The position numbers and the translations under genes are program-made. The notes under the pieces are model-generated. The model made no database searches, was not told the DNA's origin, and saw only the letters and a program-made list of their open reading frames with translations. Of a stretch of 64,000 nt of DNA, positions 59,101-64,000 are shown one piece after another. Each line of letters begins with the position of its first letter. The first letter of the stretch is position 1. The DNA comes from an uncultured candidate division Zixibacteria bacterium (GTDB lineage: Bacteria; Zixibacteria; MSB-5A5; UBA10806; 4484-95). Location: positions 512,001 through 576,000 of the forward strand of contig CAXXKA010000008.1 in the NCBI GenBank assembly GCA_963668625.2, in the 5' to 3' direction.

Positions 59101-60612
59101 GACCCGCTGTCAAAGGTCAATGGTCTCGAATATGACGCATTGCATTGCGAAATCAATACTCCTCCTGGCTTGTTTGAAGTGCTTCAGGGCGGCGAAAATA
59201 TAAGCTCGGCCATGTCCATCATATCGCTGCCGTTTAGCGATAATGGGACAACCGAGGGGTATCTGGATGATTATGATGTCGCTTATCCTTTCACGTCGAG
59301 TTCTCCCGATGTTGTTTATTCCTTTGTGCCCGATGAGAATACCCTCCTCGATATCAGCCTTTGTCGCAACTCCACCTACGATACCAAACTTTATGTATTC
59401 AAAAACAGCCCTGATACGGTGGTCGCGGTCAACGATGATGCTTTTAATTCCCTTTCAATGGTGAGTAATGTGCCTGTAGCCACCGGTAATACTTATTACA
59501 TTGTGGTTGATGGCAGTCGGGATCAATCCGGCACTTACACTATCGATGTTGCCTATGGGAATCCGCCGCCAGCATGTGATGATGACGCTTTGTTCAGTCA
59601 GAATCCTTCTATACAGAATGATTTCTGGACATTTATGGCCTCCGACATCCAAACCAGTTATGCGATTGCCGATAATTTCTCTCTCGTGTTCGGCAACATC
59701 AATCAAATTAAATGGTATGGTGTTGATCTTGGGAATTCTGGAGGCGGTTGGCAAGAGTGTGATTTTGATGAACCGTCGCTATTTCAAATAAGTTTTTGCA
59801 ATGATGCCGACGGTTTTCCCGGTGATACGGTAGCAAGTTATCTTGTTCAAACCACCGGCGTCCCTACCGGTCAGATATTCTTTGGCGAAGTACCATATGA
59901 ACAAAAGGAGTGGGTTGCAGATATATCGCCTGCTGTTGCGCTCAATGAAGGGTGGGTTATCATTCAAGGAATGGGGAATAATGCTTGTAAGTTCCTCTGG
60001 CAGAATTCCGGCTCGGACGATGCGATGCGGTACTATAGCGATGATAACTTTTGGGCAGTTACCGATTGCGGTATCGCATTCTGTTTACTTGGCGATTATA
60101 TTGAGCCCTGGTTGACTATAGGCGACAGCAATATCGAGATGAACATTTCCATTCCTGCAAACGGGCCAAATATCAATATACCGCTAAGCTTGAATGCGAC
60201 TAATCTGGCGGCCGGTTTATATCATGGCGGTGTTCATTTCGTCACGAATGATGCAGCCCATCCGGAATTTGATATACCCGTGACGTTTGATGTTGTTAGA
60301 GTCGGTATAGACAATGAACCAGCGGAATTGCCCTCGGTTTTCAGTTTATCTCAGAACTACCCGAATCCCTTCAATGCTACGACCTCAATTAATTTCTCTT
60401 TGAAAAATAATGGGGAAGTTACCTTGACAATTTATGATATCCTCGGAAAGCGGGTAAATACACTCTATAACGGAGCTCTTCCAGCAGGTCAACACAGTTT
60501 GATTTGGAATGGCATTGATGATTCGGGGAAGGTTGTTACGTCTGGTATTTATTTCTACCGGCTTGAGAGCGACGAGGGTTCAATTATTAAAAAAATGGTG
60601 ATGTTGAAATAG
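56137..60612 (+). CDS. Large (1491 aa) secreted Cys-rich multi-beta-sandwich protein (PPC-like modules) with FlgD/T9SS-type sorting domain
   Basis: Signal peptide; repeated ETEPN(D/N) and NDEC modules, D.F.F, L.PG.Y.I/GTYY; C-terminal LSQNYPNPFN...KKMVMLK. Confidence 0.85.
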   Translation: MHKILRPLSVLVICFEMFAGTMAYESEIESSRIPKSVSIKSNSLIQSNSTSDNPDLTSRNPNASQFPPSISSNVLSDRESGEIDLSVNNSDSPNVIPVDFNDISETEPNDNCATANTLTLGDRIYCGHLDLDAGDPADFFQFTLDDSYELWTVACSTSAPNYLTECDPPIGINKLYLYDSDCYTVLGYDDNIDSVMFGKVHTVIRTDLSPGIYKIKVMPIASNRSGYYHLDFTAGAYQPPGNPISETEPNNTYLNANLMSCGDYVHCANVTANSDTADYFKFTLDNTYDYWAVTCYTTAPTPADCSPVLADTRLWLYNSDCSTLIQFDDEGGNDHYSLISQLHLEPGTYVIKANQYRPTALSGHYDMVLTCEEGIPYGLLNDECENAEVITGPYPVTVSGTNIEATIDCPGYLDWDAIWYKIELPYAFNNLTIDWTPTCEIDGYFNEIGAIYMPDCSCNSHVNLNCRWQSCPEPYDPVISFPVMSSAAPIAGPAMIYYPVNPDRQTIFRFIVDVTEAASCDLECPPDGIPEGEPDCGPNYVDNYNGGCESYPNVFQSVEAGDIICGTSGTYMVGDTLYRDTDWYELTTTDHRVIQIKAIADFPLELYILDAVCPTPTILASAVGQPCDSLRIYYNAPAGTYRFVVCPSLLPGYDCTKNYVAWFYTTELASPIPITAPGTWVGDNTCDGVSNCNLLDYNGPDVPYEVTIPFDGQWTFTLCNSPVVWDSYIALGSTLCSIDIAHGDQDACGDAWGHDKFTAELYAGIYYLTVFSGLVNDCGPYQLDITGEPFWPNDECTGVTPGELIPGGALTFTGNNTGAASINDCTESSIGRFPNVWEAFTTSDWLDVTIDYCGTTPAYSTVQLELAVDCPCNDYVSPTEYDNTTCGDGNSTIKYSTLPPGTYYIPVAWTPDSEGPYTIHVNADSATMPEISVYPTEIIEGADSGQSVSANLMVSNSGGADLVANASIFINEIQDLRANLKLSHVQNFDPLSKVNGLEYDALHCEINTPPGLFEVLQGGENISSAMSIISLPFSDNGTTEGYLDDYDVAYPFTSSSPDVVYSFVPDENTLLDISLCRNSTYDTKLYVFKNSPDTVVAVNDDAFNSLSMVSNVPVATGNTYYIVVDGSRDQSGTYTIDVAYGNPPPACDDDALFSQNPSIQNDFWTFMASDIQTSYAIADNFSLVFGNINQIKWYGVDLGNSGGGWQECDFDEPSLFQISFCNDADGFPGDTVASYLVQTTGVPTGQIFFGEVPYEQKEWVADISPAVALNEGWVIIQGMGNNACKFLWQNSGSDDAMRYYSDDNFWAVTDCGIAFCLLGDYIEPWLTIGDSNIEMNISIPANGPNINIPLSLNATNLAAGLYHGGVHFVTNDAAHPEFDIPVTFDVVRVGIDNEPAELPSVFSLSQNYPNPFNATTSINFSLKNNGEVTLTIYDILGKRVNTLYNGALPAGQHSLIWNGIDDSGKVVTSGIYFYRLESDEGSIIKKMVMLK

Positions 60613-60820
60613 TCCGGGGAACCAACGGATTTAAAATATGAACGATTTAATTAAAATAGATCTTTTAACAATAAATTGTAGGGAATCAGGTAAAACAATG
60701 GCTGTTCGGTGTTTCCGAACAGCCCAGTTTAAGTACACCCGGAAGAGTTCTTTCGAGTGTGAAAGAAATTATAGTTAAACTAACATGAAAAACAAGTCAA
60801 AAAAGCTGGAGAAGTGAGTT

Positions 60821-62869
60821 ATGAGAAAACTCTTCTTATTATCCGTAATTTTAATTTTCTCTTGTTTCAGCGCTGCGGATATTTATGCTGATCCACCACC
60901 CAACAATGATTGTGTTAACGCTACCGATGCCGGGACCTTAAGTCTGGATACTCCTGTTCAACTCACCGGTACGACTGTTGAAGCAACTCCATATTGTGAG
61001 TCGCTAATACAAGATGATGCATGGATAAAATTTACTATCACATCTTGTATGGATATAATCATTGACTTCTGTGATGACCCGAATAAAGTTGATGAATTTG
61101 GCACGTTTTTATTCGCTGACTGTTCTTGTGATATATTCGCTAACTACAATCAGGTAGTCAATAGTTGTCTTAACGGTAATCCCTCTATATCCTGGTATGG
61201 CCTGGAAGCGGGCACCTATTACTATCGGATTATCCCACCCGAGGGTTTGGGAGATTCATATGTTTTAAATATTGTAGGCACCGAATGCGCGCCGCCGCCG
61301 ACAGGCGCTTGCTGCTATATGCAAGAAGAACAGATAATGTGTTTCGTGACCGACAATCAGAGCAGTTGCGATGAAGTAAACGGTACATTCCATTTAAACG
61401 CAAACTGTGATGACGTTGATCCGCGCAACGGCATTGCCGATATTTGCGAAACAGGTGCACAGGAAGGCGCTTGCTGCTACATGCAAGAAGAGCAGATAAT
61501 GTGTTTCGTGACTGACAATCCGGACAGTTGCGATGAAGTAAACGGTACATTTCATCTAGACGCAAACTGTGATGACGTTGATCCGCGCAACGATATTGCC
61601 GATATTTGCGAAACGGTTGTGCAGGAAGGCGCTTGTTGTATCAATGATGGTATGGATTGCACCGATGGTGTAACCGAAACTGATTGTTTCGATGTTTACC
61701 GCGGTGTCTGGATGGGCGAAGGTTCTACCTGTGGCTCTTTCGATCCTGAAGAGGGCTGGTCAGGCTGCCAGATTACCCCGATTGGCGCTTGTTGCATGAA
61801 TGATGGTATGGATTGCACCGATGGTGTAACCGAAACTGATTGTTTCGATATTTACCGCGGTGTCTGGATGGGAGCCAGCTCTTCCTGCGGCTCTTATAAT
61901 CCGGAAGAGGGCTGGTCAGGCTGCCAGACTACTCCGACTGGCGCTTGCTGTATGAATGATGGCATGGATTGCACCGATGGTGTAACCGAAACTGATTGTT
62001 TTGATATGTACCGAGGTGTCTGGATGGGCGAAGGTTCTACCTGCGGCTCTTATAATCCGGAAGATGGCTGGTCAGGCTGTCAGACTACTCCGACTGGCGC
62101 TTGCTGTATGAATGATGGCATGGATTGCACCGATGGTGTAACCGAAACTGATTGTTTCGATATGTACCGAGGTGTCTGGATGGGCGAAGGTTCTACCTGC
62201 GGCTCTTATAATCCGGAAGATGGCTGGTCAGGCTGCCAGACTACTCCGACTGGCGCTTGCTGTATGAATGATGGTATGGATTGCACCAATGGTGTAACCG
62301 AAACTGATTGTTTCGATATGTACCGAGGTGTCTGGATGGGTGAAGGTTCTACCTGCGGCTCTTATAATCCGGAAGATGGCTGGTCAGGCTGCCAGACTAC
62401 TCCGACTGGCGCTTGCTGTATGAATGATGGTATGGATTGCACCAATGGTGTAACCGAAACTGATTGTTTCGATATGTACCGAGGTGTCTGGATGGGTGAA
62501 GGTTCTACCTGCGGTGAATACGATGAAGAAACCGGTTGGTCGGGTTGCAGCGTCACTACTACCTATGAATACCTCCCCGGTGATGCTAACATGGCTGCCG
62601 GCTCGTGGCCGCCGAATGTAATCGGCGCGGATGTCACCTACCTGGTGAACTATTTCCGGGCTATCGCCGCGCCGTGTCTGGTCGGTGGTTTCTATAACTC
62701 GGCTGATGCTAACGGTGATTGTTCGGTAATCGGCGCTGATGTCACTTACCTGGTACAATATTTCCGAGGCGCGAACGAATTACATTTCTGCCCGGACTAT
62801 GAGCCAACCTGGCAAAGCAGCGGTGATTTACCGCCCGAGGCTCCCGATGGCTGGCCGAATTGTGAATGA
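60821..62869 (+). CDS. Secreted Cys-rich tandem-repeat protein with C-terminal dockerin-type domain
   Basis: Signal peptide; PPNNDC module; 8 GACC repeats; YLPGDANM...GADVTYLVNYF and ADANGDCSVIGADVTYLVQYF. Confidence 0.88.
   Translation: MRKLFLLSVILIFSCFSAADIYADPPPNNDCVNATDAGTLSLDTPVQLTGTTVEATPYCESLIQDDAWIKFTITSCMDIIIDFCDDPNKVDEFGTFLFADCSCDIFANYNQVVNSCLNGNPSISWYGLEAGTYYYRIIPPEGLGDSYVLNIVGTECAPPPTGACCYMQEEQIMCFVTDNQSSCDEVNGTFHLNANCDDVDPRNGIADICETGAQEGACCYMQEEQIMCFVTDNPDSCDEVNGTFHLDANCDDVDPRNDIADICETVVQEGACCINDGMDCTDGVTETDCFDVYRGVWMGEGSTCGSFDPEEGWSGCQITPIGACCMNDGMDCTDGVTETDCFDIYRGVWMGASSSCGSYNPEEGWSGCQTTPTGACCMNDGMDCTDGVTETDCFDMYRGVWMGEGSTCGSYNPEDGWSGCQTTPTGACCMNDGMDCTDGVTETDCFDMYRGVWMGEGSTCGSYNPEDGWSGCQTTPTGACCMNDGMDCTNGVTETDCFDMYRGVWMGEGSTCGSYNPEDGWSGCQTTPTGACCMNDGMDCTNGVTETDCFDMYRGVWMGEGSTCGEYDEETGWSGCSVTTTYEYLPGDANMAAGSWPPNVIGADVTYLVNYFRAIAAPCLVGGFYNSADANGDCSVIGADVTYLVQYFRGANELHFCPDYEPTWQSSGDLPPEAPDGWPNCE
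61304..62563 (+). repeat. Intragenic tandem repeats: 2 x 162 bp then 6 x 156 bp
   Basis: Units start at GGCGCTTG at 61304 and 61466 (162 bp) and at 61628, 61784, 61940, 62096, 62252, 62408 (156 bp); the later units are nearly identical. Confidence 0.95.
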
Positions 62870-62943
62870 ACTCCCTGATTCGAGTAATTAAACTCAGCTA
62901 CTACTTCTTAAAAGTGCTCTAACACTTTGACCTTGATCTACCG

Positions 62944-62971
62944 AAGGCGGCCTTAACGGGCCGCCTTTTTT
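62944..62971 (+). terminator. Rho-independent terminator
   Basis: AAGGCGGCC...GGCCGCCTT followed by TTTT. Confidence 0.85.
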
Positions 62972-63087
62972 GAGTTAACAATACGGCAACAATTTTGGTA
63001 TATCTGTGGTGTTTTCTGGTGCTTTCTGGTGAAGATAAAAAAATGACGGAGCACTTATAACCCCGTCATTTATATTATATCAATTTG

Positions 63088-63342
63088 CACTAGTGTCCGG
63101 TGTTTTTCGTTAAATTTTAAATTTCTCCTTGGAATTGTTAATGAAAAATATTTTCAGATATAATTATTTTATTCAGCGTATCATTCATCCTGACATATCC
63201 TGCCGATGTTAGGCTTGGTTTTCTGGTTTCCAAGCGCTGCTTGGAAACCTTCTTGAATCATGTAGAATGCGCATTCTGCCGGCAAACAAGCCACGTTGCG
63301 AAGCAGCGCTTCGCAACGAGATGAAAAGACCGGACAGTAGTG
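63088..63342 (+). mobile_element. MITE copy 2 (255 bp)
   Basis: TIRs CACTAGTGTCCGG / CCGGACAGTAGTG; 9-bp target duplication ATCAATTTG (63079-63087 and 63343-63351); inverted homolog of 34352-34605. Confidence 0.9.
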
Positions 63343-63460
63343 ATCAATTTGGGAAAATTAATATGTAATTTTCGTCACGATTTTGTCACCTGGTGTTGTA
63401 ACTTGTTGTGTTACAAGGAGGTTTATGGGGCTCGATTCCCCGTAGCGCTACTTTTCAATT

Positions 63461-63875
63461 AGGGTTTGCTGAATAATTATTAACATCATAGTTTAGCGAT
63501 AGATAGCTTTGTTCTATAGTCATGCAAGTGAACGTGATTTTGAATAAATGAGCCTAAAAGTTTGCGCCTTGAGATCGAAGATGTATCGTAAAACCAATTC
63601 AAATCAACTTAAATTCTAGAATTATTACTTACCATTTGACGGTAAACAAAGAAATGATAATCGGTGAGTAATTTTATCGAAGCAGATACCATGGGCAGAG
63701 ATTGAACAGAAGTATACATCCAATTTTTCCGAGAGCAGTAATACAGGTTGTCCTCCCTGATCGGCTCGTATTGCTTTAGGAGCGCTTATTATCATGGAGC
63801 GTCTGGTTCTAACTGATCGGGAGACGGTGCAGCAGATATCGGAGAATCCTTATCTTCAATACTTTCTTGGACTTT
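63461..63875 (+). pseudogene. IS5-family transposase remnant (5' part) with putative left end
   Basis: From ATG at 63581: MYRK...LPFDGK...NR*VILSKQIPWAEIE..Y...G.P*SARIALGALII...LTDRETVQQISENPYLQYFLGL with three in-frame stops; putative left end AGGGTTTGCTGAATAA at 63461. Confidence 0.8.
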
Positions 63876-64000
63876 ACATTTATAGTTAAGAAATCATTAC
63901 TATTTATTTGATTGCTATGACACAATAAATCTGTTGACGAGTTTTCGTTTTTAAAATATAAACAGTCAGGGCAATTACAATCACAAGCAAAGCATTCATT

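Larger units (their letters stand above)
53899..63451. mobile_element. Decayed integrative element/genomic island at the tRNA-Glu 3' end
   Basis: 25-bp direct repeat GGGG(T/C)TCGATTCCCCGTAGCGCTAC at 53899-53923 (in the tRNA) and 63427-63451; tyrosine integrase remnant next to the tRNA. Confidence 0.88.

Noticed and set aside
60700-60761. Two hairpins between the island's secreted-protein genes
   Set aside because: Real inverted repeats, but without a clear U-tract or family match; probably mRNA stability or processing elements and not callable.
61304-62563. Regular repeats as a possible CRISPR array
   Set aside because: Units are 156-162 bp, in frame within a CDS, with no unique spacers and no cas genes.
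63427-63451. Second tRNA gene
   Set aside because: Only the T-arm and 3' acceptor strand are present; it is the att duplication.
63581-63875. Stop-codon recoding (TGA at a conserved Trp position in the IS5 ORF)
   Set aside because: A TAG and another TGA also interrupt the frame, and intact genes in the window use TGA as stop; simple pseudogenisation.

Overview
64 kb of bacterial chromosome. The secreted proteins ending in a 'YPNPFN' FlgD/T9SS-type sorting domain or in a 'GDANG' dockerin suggest an FCB-related lineage such as candidate phylum Zixibacteria (inference). Mostly housekeeping and metabolic genes: lepA, recQ, fabH, PMM/PGM, pckA, pgi, glgP, M32 and S9 peptidases, tRNA-Glu. Notable modules: (1) an intact IS110 inserted in the AGGAG Shine-Dalgarno of a carboxypeptidase gene, whose left-end non-coding region contains loops matching its own circle junction and the SD target, consistent with a bridge RNA; (2) a sigma-54 two-component locus flanked by two paralogous DxDxDG/Gly-rich secreted proteins and a beta-barrel, with matching -24/-12 promoters and a shared upstream motif; (3) an spt + bacterial ceramide synthase-like gene pair; (4) an RlmN-like radical SAM protein lacking the resolving Cys, coupled to a TrxB-like flavoprotein; (5) an orphan GlmL/MutL-type ASKHA ATPase with a possible partner gene; (6) a glucosyl/mannosylglycerate operon; (7) a ~9.5 kb decayed island at tRNA-Glu carrying a TrmB regulator and two Cys-rich secreted proteins; (8) a two-copy ~255 bp MITE with 9-bp target duplications; (9) putative cohesin and dockerin proteins with no recognisable glycoside hydrolase domain. 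All calls come from reading motifs by eye; no database searches were run.
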